Positions 51,975 through 62,693 of a stretch of 64,000 nucleotides of DNA are shown one piece after another; the stretch's first letter is position 1, and each line of letters starts with the position of its first letter. The translations under genes and the position numbers were made by a program. The notes beneath the pieces were generated by a model. It did not search any database, had not been told where the DNA came from, and was given only the letters and a program-made list of their open reading frames with translations. This DNA is from Candidatus Bathyarchaeota archaeon (GTDB lineage Archaea > Thermoproteota > Bathyarchaeia > Bathyarchaeales > Bathycorpusculaceae). The DNA lies in NCBI GenBank assembly GCA_963833575.1, contig CAWHXY010000004.1, positions 384,001 to 448,000 on the forward strand. The letters run 5' to 3'.

Positions 51975-53243
51975 ATGAACATTACAGAAAAAATCTTGGC
52001 TAAAGCTTCAGGAAAAGATATTGTGCACCCGGGCGAAATCGTCGATGCTAACGTCGACATGATCATGGTGCATGATTTAACTGGACCGTTAGCTGTTGAA
52101 GCTTTCAAAAAAATAGGCATACACAAAGTTTGGGATAACCAAAAAGCAGTGGTGATACTGGATCATCAAGTTCCAGCTGAATCAATTAAAGCGGCAGAAC
52201 TACACAAAACCATGCGTCAATTCGCTAAAGACCAAAAAATACAAATCTACGACGTAGGCAGAGGCGGAATCTGCCACCAAGTTATGCCTGAAAAAGGACA
52301 TGTTGTTCCAGGAACAGTAATTGTTGGCGCTGACTCACACACGTGCACTTATGGAGCGTTTGGGGCTTTCGCTACAGGCATTGGCTCAACTGAAGCCGCT
52401 GCAGTAATGGCAACAGGAAAAATTTGGCTGAAAGTTCCGGAAGCAATCAAAGTTAACGTGAAGGGAGAATTTCAAAAGTTCGTCACACCAAAAGACCTAA
52501 TCTTGTCAATAATTGGCAAAATGAGTGTTGACGGCGGCACTTACAAAAGCGCAGAGTTTACAGGTCCAACAATTAGAAACATGAGCATTGCTGGAAGAAT
52601 GACAATATGTAACATGGCAGTAGAAATGGGCGCAAAAAATGGCATAATTGAACCAGATGAAACAACACGGAAGTTTCTAGAAGGTAGAGTAAAAACAATG
52701 CCGAACTTTGAAGCGTTGAAAAGCGATAAAGACGCTGCTTATGAGCGCACAGTGGAATTTGATGTTTCAAAAATGGAGCCTCAAGTTGCTTGTCCATCAT
52801 CAGTTGACAATGTTAAACCAGTTTCAGAAGTAGGCAACATGCCAATTGAGCAAGCGTTTATCGGTTCATGCACCAATGGCAGAATCGAAGATTTGCGCTT
52901 AGCCGCCGAAGTAATGAAAGGCAAACGGGTAAAAGACAGAGTCAGAGCGCTTGTGATTCCGGCTTCCCAAGAAGTTTACCGACAAGCCATAGACGAGGGG
53001 TTACTGGAAATATTCACTGACGCAGGCGCTATCGTTTGCGGTTCAGCATGCGGTCCATGCTTAGGGGGACATATAGGATTACTAGCAGCAGGCGAAGCTT
53101 GCGTTAGCACTTCGAATCGAAATTTTATCGGAAGAATGGGGAGCACCCAAGCCAACGTTTTCTTAGCATCTCCAGCAACTGTTGCAGCTTCTGCAATTGC
53201 GGGTAAAATTACTGACCCAAGAAAACTGGAGGCAAAAGCATGA
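51975..53243 (+). CDS. leuC: 3-isopropylmalate dehydratase large subunit (LeuC/HacA family)
   Basis: GADSHTCT, GSCTNGR, CGPCLG, SNRNF. Confidence 0.88.
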   Translation: MNITEKILAKASGKDIVHPGEIVDANVDMIMVHDLTGPLAVEAFKKIGIHKVWDNQKAVVILDHQVPAESIKAAELHKTMRQFAKDQKIQIYDVGRGGICHQVMPEKGHVVPGTVIVGADSHTCTYGAFGAFATGIGSTEAAAVMATGKIWLKVPEAIKVNVKGEFQKFVTPKDLILSIIGKMSVDGGTYKSAEFTGPTIRNMSIAGRMTICNMAVEMGAKNGIIEPDETTRKFLEGRVKTMPNFEALKSDKDAAYERTVEFDVSKMEPQVACPSSVDNVKPVSEVGNMPIEQAFIGSCTNGRIEDLRLAAEVMKGKRVKDRVRALVIPASQEVYRQAIDEGLLEIFTDAGAIVCGSACGPCLGGHIGLLAAGEACVSTSNRNFIGRMGSTQANVFLASPATVAASAIAGKITDPRKLEAKA

Positions 53244-53743
53244 ACATTAAAATCAAAGGTATGGCCATAAAATTCGCAAACAACGTTGATACGGACGTTA
53301 TTCTGCCTGGAAAATATATGACAATAGTTGACCCATACGAGCTGGCAAAACATGCCTTAGAAGGCTTAGATCCAGAGTTCCCTCACAAAGCAAAAGACGG
53401 AGTGATCTTAGTCGGGGGCAAAAACTTCGGATGCGGCTCAAGCAGAGAACAGGCACCGCTTGCTCTAAAGTATGCAGGCGTAAAATGTGTATTAGCTGAA
53501 TCATTCGCCCGAATTTTCTTCCGCAACGCAATCAACATTGGCTTACCAGTAATCGAATGCAAAGGCATATCCGCTGCGGTTGAAACAGGCAACCAGTTAT
53601 CTGTAGACTTTGAAGTTGGCAAGATAGAAAATGAAACCAACGGCAAAAAATTTCAAGTAGAAAAGTTACCACCACTCATACTAGAAATATTAGTTGATGG
53701 TGGATTAATCGAAAACTTACGCAAAAGGATGAACAAAAAATGA
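53240..53743 (+). CDS. leuD: 3-isopropylmalate dehydratase small subunit
   Basis: VDTDVI, NFGCGSSREQA. Confidence 0.88.
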   Translation: MNIKIKGMAIKFANNVDTDVILPGKYMTIVDPYELAKHALEGLDPEFPHKAKDGVILVGGKNFGCGSSREQAPLALKYAGVKCVLAESFARIFFRNAINIGLPVIECKGISAAVETGNQLSVDFEVGKIENETNGKKFQVEKLPPLILEILVDGGLIENLRKRMNKK

Positions 53744-54777
53744 CACAATATGTAATTTCCCTAATTCCTGGAGATGGAATAGGGCCAGAACTAACTGAAG
53801 CAACCCTGAAAATATTAGACGCTGTACAGAAAAACTTTGGCGTAAAGCTTAAGATTGTTGAGGTAGAAGCCGGCGACGGAACCTTAGCCAAAACAGGTGT
53901 AGCCTTGCCTCAAGACAGCATAGAAAAAATCAAGGCATCCCACGCTTGTTTAAAGGGACCTGTAGGCGAAAGCGCAGCCGACGTGATTGTTAAACTGCGA
54001 GTAATGTTTGATTTGTACGCCAATTTGCGTCCACTAAAGGCGTATCCCAACGTTCCCGTTGCTCACCCTGACATAAATATGATATTTGTTCGAGAGAACA
54101 CTGAGGACGTTTACAAAGGCCTAGAATTCACAATAGGTAATGACACAACAATATGCATGAGAGTCATTACACGGAAAAATTGTGAGCGCATAGCCAAAAA
54201 AGCATTTGAGATTGCACGTTTGCGCAATAGCAAGAAGAAAGTAACCGCCATTCACAAAGCCAACGTTATGCGAGTGACCGACGGATTATTCCGTGATGTT
54301 TGCCGCGAAACAGCCAAAAAATACCCAGACATCGCCTTCAACGAATTATACGTTGACGCAGCATCCATGCGGCTCATCAAAGAACCGGAAGTATTTGACG
54401 TATTCTGCACTTGCAACATGTTCGGCGACATTTTATCCGATGAAGCAGCTCAACAAATCGGCGGCTTAGGCATGGCTCCAGGCGCAAACATCGGCGACAA
54501 CTTTGCACTCTTCGAACCAATCCATGGTTCAGCACCAAACAGAACGGGAAAACAAACGGCAAACCCAATCTCCATGATACTGGCCGCAAAAATGATGCTG
54601 GACTGGCTAGGCGAAAAATACAATGACAAAAAATGTACAGAAGCAGGAACTGCAATTGAAAATGGAGTAGTATATGCTTTACGTAACCGTCAATCTGTTC
54701 CAGACTGCGGCGGCACAACCACAACGTTGGGAATGGCAGAAGCCATCGCTGCAGCTTTAACAGTGAAAACTGGTTGA
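53740..54777 (+). CDS. leuB: 3-isopropylmalate (or homoisocitrate) dehydrogenase
   Basis: GDGIGPE, NMFGDILSD, EPIHGSAP. Confidence 0.85.
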   Translation: MTQYVISLIPGDGIGPELTEATLKILDAVQKNFGVKLKIVEVEAGDGTLAKTGVALPQDSIEKIKASHACLKGPVGESAADVIVKLRVMFDLYANLRPLKAYPNVPVAHPDINMIFVRENTEDVYKGLEFTIGNDTTICMRVITRKNCERIAKKAFEIARLRNSKKKVTAIHKANVMRVTDGLFRDVCRETAKKYPDIAFNELYVDAASMRLIKEPEVFDVFCTCNMFGDILSDEAAQQIGGLGMAPGANIGDNFALFEPIHGSAPNRTGKQTANPISMILAAKMMLDWLGEKYNDKKCTEAGTAIENGVVYALRNRQSVPDCGGTTTTLGMAEAIAAALTVKTG

Positions 54778-54781
54778 AAGT

Positions 54782-56305
54782 ATGACAAATAAAACCCAAA
54801 AAACCATCCGTATTTTTGACACAACTTTAAGAGACGGAGAACAAACTCCGGGGGTCTCTTTAACTGCGGATGATAAGATAGAGATTGCGCGCCAACTAAG
54901 CAAGTTAGGCGTCGACACTATTGAAGCTGGTTTTCCAAGTTCTTCTGAAGGCGAAAAAAAGGTTGTCAAAGATATTGTCAAAATAGGGTTAACCTCTGAA
55001 ATCTGCGCTTTATCAAGGGCAACAACAAATGACATTGACGCGGCAATTGATTGCGACGTTGATTTGATCCACGTTTTTATTCCAACATCTCCCGTTCAGA
55101 TGAAATATGCAGTAAACTTAACGCCTGAACAAGTGTTATCTGCAACTGTAGAGTCGATAGAGCATGTAAAAAAGCATGGGATAAAATGCGAGTTTTCACC
55201 CATGGATGCCACACGCTCAGAAATGCCCTTCCTAAAACAAGTATGTCAAGCAGCAGAGAAAGCAGGGATGGATAGCCTAAATGTTCCCGACACTGTGGGT
55301 ATAATGATTCCTAAAACAACAATTAAACTAATCGAGGAACTAAAAACTGTAGTTAAAGTTCCAATAAGTACACACTGTCATGATGACTTTGGCTTAGCAG
55401 TTGCAAACTCTTTAGCCGCTGTTGAAGCCGGCGCGACCCAAGTACACGTTGCCGTTAACGGACTAGGTGAGCGAGCTGGAAACGCATCTCTAGAAGAAGT
55501 TGTTATGGCTCTACATTCGATTTACAAATACAAAACTGGCGTAAACACACGGTTGTTATACAGCACTTCCCGATTGGTTTCTTCGCTAAGTGGCATAGCT
55601 GTGCAAGCTAACAAAGCAATTGTTGGCGAAAACGCTTTTGCTCATGAATCAGGTATCCACACACGGGGTGTAACTGAGAAACCATTAACCTTTGAACCCA
55701 TAGACCCCGAATTAGTGGGACGAACAAGAAAACTGGTCGCTGGAAAACTAGCTGGAACAAGCGGAATAAAAGCTGAACTTGAAGAAGTAGGCATTCACCC
55801 AACTGGAGAGCAAATCAAAGAAATTGTCCAACGAGTAAAAGAATTAGGCGACAAGGGCAAAATGGTGACGGATGCAGATTTGCTTGCGTTAACTTCTGCT
55901 GTTATGGGTGAAGTTATAGGAGAAGAAAAAATCGTTGACTTATGCGACTTAGCTGTTGTAACAGGCATCAAAGTAATTCCTACAGCTTCAGTTAGGCTTA
56001 CTTTGGATGGAAAAGAATACATTGCGGCAGAAACTGGTGTAGGTCCAGTTGACGCTGTCTTAAAAGCCATCCAAAAACTAACCAACAACTTGGAAAGCAT
56101 ACGGCTTAGCGAATATCGTCTTGAAGCAATCACAGGTGGTTCAAATGCCGTCGCCGAAGTTGTCATAAAAGTTGCTGATGAAAAAGGCAACATTGTTTCT
56201 GCGCGGGCTGCAAGAGAAGATATTGTAATGGCTAGCGTTGAAGCAATGATAAACGGTATAAACAAGCTTTTGATAAAGAATCGTAAGCAGGGAAACAAAA
56301 AGTGA
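54782..56305 (+). CDS. leuA: 2-isopropylmalate synthase (or citramalate synthase)
   Basis: DTTLRDGEQ, HCHDD, C-terminal regulatory domain GVGPVDA. Confidence 0.85.
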   Translation: MTNKTQKTIRIFDTTLRDGEQTPGVSLTADDKIEIARQLSKLGVDTIEAGFPSSSEGEKKVVKDIVKIGLTSEICALSRATTNDIDAAIDCDVDLIHVFIPTSPVQMKYAVNLTPEQVLSATVESIEHVKKHGIKCEFSPMDATRSEMPFLKQVCQAAEKAGMDSLNVPDTVGIMIPKTTIKLIEELKTVVKVPISTHCHDDFGLAVANSLAAVEAGATQVHVAVNGLGERAGNASLEEVVMALHSIYKYKTGVNTRLLYSTSRLVSSLSGIAVQANKAIVGENAFAHESGIHTRGVTEKPLTFEPIDPELVGRTRKLVAGKLAGTSGIKAELEEVGIHPTGEQIKEIVQRVKELGDKGKMVTDADLLALTSAVMGEVIGEEKIVDLCDLAVVTGIKVIPTASVRLTLDGKEYIAAETGVGPVDAVLKAIQKLTNNLESIRLSEYRLEAITGGSNAVAEVVIKVADEKGNIVSARAAREDIVMASVEAMINGINKLLIKNRKQGNKK

Positions 56306-57117
56306 AGACAGTAGCCTTCCAAGGCGAACCAGGTGCTTACAGCGAGAGCGCAGTTTATCAGTTCTTCGGAAACGGCACCATAGCTAACCCATACAAGGAT
56401 TTCAAAGCTGTTTTTGACAGTGTTTGCTCTGAGGAAGCCGAGTTTGGCGTTGTTCCGATAGAGAATAGTATTGAGGGTAGCGTCACACAGAATTATGATT
56501 TATTTCTCAGGTACGATTTGAAAGTTTGCGCAGAAGTTATTGTTAAGCTTGAGCATTGCTTAATTGCTAACCCAGGTACCGCCATAGAAGATATTAAAGT
56601 GGTTTATTCGCATCCGCAGGCTTTGGGACAATGTCGAACTTTTCTTGAAGAGTTCGGGCGTGAATTAATATCAACTTACGACACAGCTGGCAGCGTTAAA
56701 ATGATTAAAGAAAAAGGTTTGAAGAATGCAGCGGCAATTGCCAGTGAAAGAGCAGCCAATCTTTATGGCATGCATATCCTCGCCAAAGATATCTCTGACA
56801 ACCCTGAAAATTACACTCGTTTCTTTGTTCTATCTACAGAAGATGCGGCACCAACAGGCAAAGATAAAACTAGCATAATCTTCGCGGCTAAGCACGAGCC
56901 AGGCTCACTCTATCATGCACTGGGTGAATTTGCCAAACGAAACATCAACTTAACAAAAATCGAGTCAAGACCCACTAGACAAACACCCTGGGAATACAAC
57001 TTCTACCTTGACTTTGAGGGACATAGAACCCAACCCCAATGTGCTGACACGTTAATTGCCCTTGAGAAATTTGCCATTTTTGTTAAAGTTCTAGGTTCGT
57101 ACCCCAAAGCAAGATAA
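56302..57117 (+). CDS. pheA: Prephenate dehydratase
   Basis: PIENSIEG, NYTRF, IESRP. Confidence 0.93.
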   Translation: MKTVAFQGEPGAYSESAVYQFFGNGTIANPYKDFKAVFDSVCSEEAEFGVVPIENSIEGSVTQNYDLFLRYDLKVCAEVIVKLEHCLIANPGTAIEDIKVVYSHPQALGQCRTFLEEFGRELISTYDTAGSVKMIKEKGLKNAAAIASERAANLYGMHILAKDISDNPENYTRFFVLSTEDAAPTGKDKTSIIFAAKHEPGSLYHALGEFAKRNINLTKIESRPTRQTPWEYNFYLDFEGHRTQPQCADTLIALEKFAIFVKVLGSYPKAR

Positions 57118-57192
57118 TTGGTCATTCTATCTTTCTTTGGTTTGTTTGATCAAGCATGATGCATTCTAAATGTTCAAAATTAACGGAAAAAA

Positions 57193-58065
57193 TTACGCCT
57201 CAGTTGATTCAAGCATTTTGTACATTATTTCATAAGACTTAGCATAGTCACCGTCAATTTCTACCAGTTTTGACTTCAGACGCTCCATTCTCTTAACGAT
57301 AGCATCAACGTCTTTGTTTTTGATAAGGTCTAGCCATGCTTGTGCTTTAGCTATGAATTGGTCTTCAATTTCTCCAAGCTTAGGCAAGTTCGTTTGAAGA
57401 CTAGCGTAAAGGTCTGGCGTTTCCAACGCAGTGGCTTCCGCCAGCGTAAACAGCATGCGATAGGTTGTGCCAGCAACTTTTTTGCTTTCAAGGAAGTTCT
57501 TTTGCTCTAGAAGCGTTTCGCATGCAACTAAACCTAGAAAATGCGGTAACCCCAAAACAACTGAAATTATTTCATCGTGTTTTTTTGGTGACATTATAAA
57601 GACGTGTGCTTCCTCAGTTTCCAGCCATTTCTTGAATTCCTCAGCAAACTTTTCTTCCGCTGGATTAGTTGGTGTGAGAACATATGCTTTGTGTTTAAGC
57701 CCAGTGCTTCCTGGACCAAAAACTGGGTGAGTACCCAAGACTGTAGCAGTTTTGATGAACTGGTGCATGGTTTTAACTGGGGCTTCTTTGATTGAGCAAA
57801 TATCCATCACAACTTGACCCTGATGAAGGGCAGGACTGATCGCTTTAACAACTTCTTCGATCGCGCCTATTGATACGCAAAGGAAGATCTGATCAGCCTC
57901 TCGTACTGCCTCTTCGAAATTGGTAGTTAAGTCAACAGTTAAGTCTATGAGTTTCTTGAGTTTCTCTTTTTTCCTATCCGCCAATATGACATCGTAATTT
58001 TTTGAATTAAGAAATTTTGCGAACCAAACGCCCATTTTTCCTGCGCCAATTATGGCAACTTTCAT
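57193..58065 (-). CDS. tyrA: Prephenate dehydrogenase
   Basis: GAGKMG, DICSIK, HPVFGP. Confidence 0.9.
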   Translation of the reverse strand: MKVAIIGAGKMGVWFAKFLNSKNYDVILADRKKEKLKKLIDLTVDLTTNFEEAVREADQIFLCVSIGAIEEVVKAISPALHQGQVVMDICSIKEAPVKTMHQFIKTATVLGTHPVFGPGSTGLKHKAYVLTPTNPAEEKFAEEFKKWLETEEAHVFIMSPKKHDEIISVVLGLPHFLGLVACETLLEQKNFLESKKVAGTTYRMLFTLAEATALETPDLYASLQTNLPKLGEIEDQFIAKAQAWLDLIKNKDVDAIVKRMERLKSKLVEIDGDYAKSYEIMYKMLESTEA

Positions 58066-59186
58066 TCAAGGGCCTCGGTGATTATGTCCAGCGCCGTCTT
58101 TATTTCTTCTCTGGGCGCGGTTAAGGATATTCGGAAATGTTCTCTGTAGTCGCCAAAAGACGTACCTGGAGCAACTGCTACACCTTTGTCAAGTAATTCT
58201 AAAGTGAATTTTTCTGAGTCCAACCCCTGGCGCTTAGGGAAAACATAGAATGGCGCTTCTGGTTTCGTGAATGAGAGCCCTGCTTTTGCTAATGTTTTGG
58301 TTGCCATCTTTGCCCTTTCTTGGTATTCATCTTTTATTGTTGTGGCAAGTTGTTTTTCCATTTCCAGCCCTTTCAAAGCGGCTTCTTGTATGAATACTGG
58401 GACGTTATTAATTGTAATTTGGTTTAGTCTAGTTATATTGTCTACGAGTTGTTTGTTGGCAATGATATAGCCTATTCGCCAACCCGTCATGGTGAAGGTT
58501 TTGGAGAAGCCATTAGATAGAATATGTTTGTGCCCTCCATTGTATTCTAAGATGCTTTTTGCTTTGGTAAATGCAATTGTGCTGTAGACTTCATCTGAGA
58601 GAATTGTGACTCCTTTTTTGTTTGCTATTTCTACTATGCCGTCAAGGGCTTCAGCGTCGATTACTTTGCTCGTGGGGTTGTTTGGGTTGTTGAGTATTAT
58701 CATACGAGTGTCTTTGTCAATCATAGCCTCAAGTTTTTCAAGATCAACTTTCCAGCCGTTTTCCATTTCTGTTCTTAACAGTTTAGTTTGAGCGCCAAGG
58801 CTCTTTGCAGTTAAATCGTAAGCGGTCCAGTAAGGCGTAGGAATGATAACGTTTCCGCCACCCCTCATCATGAGGTACATTGTAGCAAAAATACCCCATT
58901 TAGAACCAGGAGTTATTACTACGTTTTCAGCTTTGACTCCATGTAGCTCTGCGAGTTTTTCGCGTAATTTTAGCTCACCATAGGAGGAGGAATATTTTGT
59001 TTTACCAGCCTTCATGGCATTGTACGCAGCTTCAATTATCTCATCTGGCGTAGCTAGGTCTGGATCGCCTAGGTTTAAGCGAATTATTTTTTTTCCTTCA
59101 CTTTCGAGTTTTAGAGCCTTTTCATTTATTTCATAGAGCACTGTGTCGAGCCTCTCATTGACTTCTTTTTTACTCCTGAACAGCAC
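58062..59186 (-). CDS. Class I PLP aminotransferase (aspartate/aromatic)
   Basis: NNPNNPT, SDEVY, SKTFTMTGWRIG. Confidence 0.9.
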   Translation of the reverse strand: MLFRSKKEVNERLDTVLYEINEKALKLESEGKKIIRLNLGDPDLATPDEIIEAAYNAMKAGKTKYSSSYGELKLREKLAELHGVKAENVVITPGSKWGIFATMYLMMRGGGNVIIPTPYWTAYDLTAKSLGAQTKLLRTEMENGWKVDLEKLEAMIDKDTRMIILNNPNNPTSKVIDAEALDGIVEIANKKGVTILSDEVYSTIAFTKAKSILEYNGGHKHILSNGFSKTFTMTGWRIGYIIANKQLVDNITRLNQITINNVPVFIQEAALKGLEMEKQLATTIKDEYQERAKMATKTLAKAGLSFTKPEAPFYVFPKRQGLDSEKFTLELLDKGVAVAPGTSFGDYREHFRISLTAPREEIKTALDIITEALE

Positions 59187-59430
59187 TGCACATATTAACT
59201 ATTTCGCGGTAAACTGCTTCAACTTGTACGGGATCAAGATGAAATTTAACAGCTCTCAGTTTGACCCGCTTGAAAACCTCGTCTTCTCGGCCAAGGTCCC
59301 TTACTGGCACACCATTCTTTTTCTTAACTAAGCCAATTGCCCTACACGCTTTCGTTCTTTCGCAAAGGGCAGTAATGATTTGTTCGTCAATTTCATCAAC
59401 TTTTTTTCGAAGCTTTTCGATTTCATCCAT
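59170..59430 (-). CDS. Chorismate mutase (AroQ)
   Basis: LRKKVDEIDEQI..R..K..RE. Confidence 0.9.
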   Translation of the reverse strand: MDEIEKLRKKVDEIDEQIITALCERTKACRAIGLVKKKNGVPVRDLGREDEVFKRVKLRAVKFHLDPVQVEAVYREIVNMCSAVQE

Positions 59431-60545
59431 TATTTAGCTCTCTCCAAAACTTTCGGAATAAATCCAGCACGAATCATGTGATCAGCTAAGGTTATTGCCA
59501 CCGCAGATTCAACCGCGGGTACGGCTTTTGGAACTACGCATGGATCATGCCTGCCCTTGATTTTGAGTATAGATTCTTTCATTGTCGAAAGATCAACGGT
59601 TTTCTGTTCTTTGCCGACAGAAGGTGTCGGTTTAATTGCCGCGTGAATTATTATTGGCATGCCATTTGATAATCCGCCTAAGATTCCGCCCATATTATCC
59701 GACAAAGTTGCAACTTTTCCATTTTGCATAATGTAGGCATCGTTACTTTCTGAACCTTTCAACGCTGCAATCGCGGAGCCCAATCCAAACTCAACGCCTT
59801 TAACTGCAGGAACATCAAATAGTGCCTTCGCTAAGTCAGCATCAAGCGAATCGAACAAAGGTTCTCCGACACCCACGGGAACGTTTAAGGCAATGCATTC
59901 AACGGTTCCGCCAATGCTTTCACCTTCTTTTCTGGCATCCACGATGGCTTGCTCCATACGTTCGCCACAGGCCAAGTCCGGACATCTTGTAGCCCCCGCA
60001 TACTTGTTCTGACGAATATCTTCAGTGCTAAATTTCTTGCCACTTGTAATTTTTCCAATCGCGCGAGTATAAGCTAAAACGTCAACGTTGAATTGGCGCA
60101 GTAGTTTTTTTGCTATTGCTCCAGCCATGATGAGTGCAACTGTCACCCTGCCACTGAAGCGCCCACCACCGCGATAATCCTGAAAATCACCATACTTCAA
60201 ATGAGCTGGGTAGTCGGCGTGTCCTGGTCTTGGCAAGTCCTTTATTGCCTCATAATCGCTGGAGTCAACCTCTTTGTTCTCGACAGTCAGAGCGATTGGG
60301 GCACCCGTAGTAAAACCGTTAAAAACTCCTGAAAGAATCATAGCGATGTCTTTCTCGATTCTTGCTGAAACAATTTTTGTCTGAGTTGGAATACGCCTGT
60401 CTAGTTCCATTTGAATGTCGTCTTCTGAGAGAGGCAAACCTGCGGGACACCCATCAATGACTACTCCAATGATTTTGCCATGACTTTCGCCAAAAGTGGT
60501 AATAATAAATTCTTTACCTATCGAATTGCCCGCCAACAATTTCAA
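59430..60545 (-). CDS. aroC: Chorismate synthase
   Basis: GESHG, RPGHAD, KPTPS, RHDPC. Confidence 0.95.
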   Translation of the reverse strand: MKLLAGNSIGKEFIITTFGESHGKIIGVVIDGCPAGLPLSEDDIQMELDRRIPTQTKIVSARIEKDIAMILSGVFNGFTTGAPIALTVENKEVDSSDYEAIKDLPRPGHADYPAHLKYGDFQDYRGGGRFSGRVTVALIMAGAIAKKLLRQFNVDVLAYTRAIGKITSGKKFSTEDIRQNKYAGATRCPDLACGERMEQAIVDARKEGESIGGTVECIALNVPVGVGEPLFDSLDADLAKALFDVPAVKGVEFGLGSAIAALKGSESNDAYIMQNGKVATLSDNMGGILGGLSNGMPIIIHAAIKPTPSVGKEQKTVDLSTMKESILKIKGRHDPCVVPKAVPAVESAVAITLADHMIRAGFIPKVLERAK

Positions 60546-61818
60546 CTCCTATTTGTTTTAGATCAGTGAAGAACTGCGGATAAGACTTTCTAACGCACTC
60601 AGCATTTCGGATAATGGTTTTTCCTTCCGCGCCTATCGCTGCAACTGAGCAAGCCATCGCTATACGATGGTCATTGTGAGAATCGATCACTGCACCGTGC
60701 AGAGCGCAGGGACCTTCTATGGTTAAGCTGCTTTCATCTACCTTTATTTTTGCACCCATCTTTCCCAATTCAAGATAAAGTGACTTCAACCTATCTGATT
60801 CTTTAAGTTTAAGCCTTTGTGCCCCAGTTATTTTTGACGTACCTTCGGCAAAACACGCAAGCGCTGCACAAACGGGAACCAGATCCGGAATATTTCTTGC
60901 GTCAACGTCTATAGGCTTAAGGTGTACTCCCATTCCATTTATTTCAATGCTGTTATTGCAAACTTTTCCATCAATACCCATTTGTTTAAGGATACCAAGA
61001 ATTACTTTATCGCCCTGCACACTTTTGTATTCAAGATTGTTTAATTGTACTTTGGAGTTGGTTACGGCTGCGGCTGCGAACAGAAAGGAAGCTGAAGAGA
61101 AATCACCCGGAACCCTGCAGTCACACGGTTTATAGGATTGATTTGCCGGAATTTTTATTCGATTAAAGTTATCATGGATTTCAACCCTGATTTCATGTTT
61201 GGAGAGAACATCTAACGTCATTTTAACGTAATCTGAAGATTCAAGCGGAGTTGTCAAAGTGATTTCCGTTTCAACCTTTGCCATTGGGCAAGCAAACATT
61301 AAGCCAGAAATAAATTGCGAGCTAATATCGCCAACAATCGATGTCTCCCCTCCAAGAATCCCACCGCCCAATACAAAAACAGCGTCTTTGCCTCCGAACT
61401 TTCGTATTTGAGCTTTTGCACCGAGATCTTCAAGGCTTTGAAGTAGAGGTTCGATTGGTCTTCGTGTAAGAGAATCATGAAAAACTAGGATTGATGGATC
61501 AGGAGCTAAAGCGGCTACAGGGATCATAAAACGCAACGTAGCACCTGATTCGCCACAGTCAATAGGCTCTTTGGCGTTTGTGAGCGGGTGTGCACCGGTA
61601 ACTGTCCAGCATTCGTCAGCCGTTGCTACTTGCGCGCCTAAAGCGGTGATGGCTCGCAGTGTTGCTTGTGTGTCCTCGGATATGAGAGGGTTCGATACTT
61701 TGGAAATGCCGTTGGTTAGGGCAGCGGCTAAAAGCATTCTTTGTGTGTAAGATTTTGATGGGGAAGCACATATCTCGCCCTTTAAACTTTCTGTTTTTTT
61801 GATGGTTACATCAGTCAT
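60514..61818 (-). CDS. aroA: EPSP synthase
   Basis: SKSYTQR, SSQF, KESDR, DHRIAM. Confidence 0.95.
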   Translation of the reverse strand: MTDVTIKKTESLKGEICASPSKSYTQRMLLAAALTNGISKVSNPLISEDTQATLRAITALGAQVATADECWTVTGAHPLTNAKEPIDCGESGATLRFMIPVAALAPDPSILVFHDSLTRRPIEPLLQSLEDLGAKAQIRKFGGKDAVFVLGGGILGGETSIVGDISSQFISGLMFACPMAKVETEITLTTPLESSDYVKMTLDVLSKHEIRVEIHDNFNRIKIPANQSYKPCDCRVPGDFSSASFLFAAAAVTNSKVQLNNLEYKSVQGDKVILGILKQMGIDGKVCNNSIEINGMGVHLKPIDVDARNIPDLVPVCAALACFAEGTSKITGAQRLKLKESDRLKSLYLELGKMGAKIKVDESSLTIEGPCALHGAVIDSHNDHRIAMACSVAAIGAEGKTIIRNAECVRKSYPQFFTDLKQIGVEIVGGQFDR

Positions 61819-62693
61819 TTATCAATCACCTTAGCTTTCTCGCAGTTCAAATGCGTCTCCAAGATTTCTCCGCCGTATTTTTGTAGGGAGGCTCTCACTG
61901 AATCTAGTTTATCTTTGAATGTAACAGCCGTCACCGCTGGTCCTTTTCCACATAATCCAGCCGCTACTGCTCCAGCAGATAAAGCATCTAATGCTATTGC
62001 AGGGTTGTATCCTGAGGCGGAGGAGTAAATTAAGCCATTAAGCGTGAGTGCCTCCCATATTTTTCCCTCCAATGCAAGCGTATAAGCAATTTCGACAAGA
62101 GGTTTTATCGTTTGCAGCCTGATAACATTGGAGTTAGCCGTATAGGCTTTTTCCAGTGGTAAATGAAACAGCACTACTAAATCTTCCGCCAAAGGCAATT
62201 GTTTTACTATTTTACGTTTCAAATTATCAGTAATCACTATACCGCCGAAGTAAGAAGCGCAAGCATCATCAAGAGCGCCAGTTATTGTAACTTTCGCATC
62301 AAAAGCCGCTTCAACGCCCAGATTTATAACTTCTAAGTCATCAAGCTTTTCGCCTAGCGCGGCGGTAGATGCAAGAGCTACAGCGTTTGCCGCTGCACTG
62401 CTGCTTTTGAGTCCTTTGGCAGCGGGAATGTTGGACCAAGTTGTTATTTTTGCGCCAAAACTTTTGTCTAAACAGAATTTTTTCAGGACTCGGGATACCG
62501 TTTTTTCTACTAGAATGGTGCTTTCTTTTGAGTCCGAGGTTATTTCTGTTTTGAAAACATGAGGTTCATCGGTTAACATGACTTCAGCTTTAGTCCATAA
62601 ATCAACGCCAAAAGCTGCGCCTTTCCCGAGTGCAATGGCGTTAATGATTGTTGCAGCGCCATGAGTTATTGCCGTAGCCTTACCAGTCAACAT
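61815..62693 (-). CDS. aroK: Archaeal shikimate kinase (GHMP)
   Basis: GLKSSSAA, TITGALDD. Confidence 0.93.
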   Translation of the reverse strand: MLTGKATAITHGAATIINAIALGKGAAFGVDLWTKAEVMLTDEPHVFKTEITSDSKESTILVEKTVSRVLKKFCLDKSFGAKITTWSNIPAAKGLKSSSAAANAVALASTAALGEKLDDLEVINLGVEAAFDAKVTITGALDDACASYFGGIVITDNLKRKIVKQLPLAEDLVVLFHLPLEKAYTANSNVIRLQTIKPLVEIAYTLALEGKIWEALTLNGLIYSSASGYNPAIALDALSAGAVAAGLCGKGPAVTAVTFKDKLDSVRASLQKYGGEILETHLNCEKAKVIDK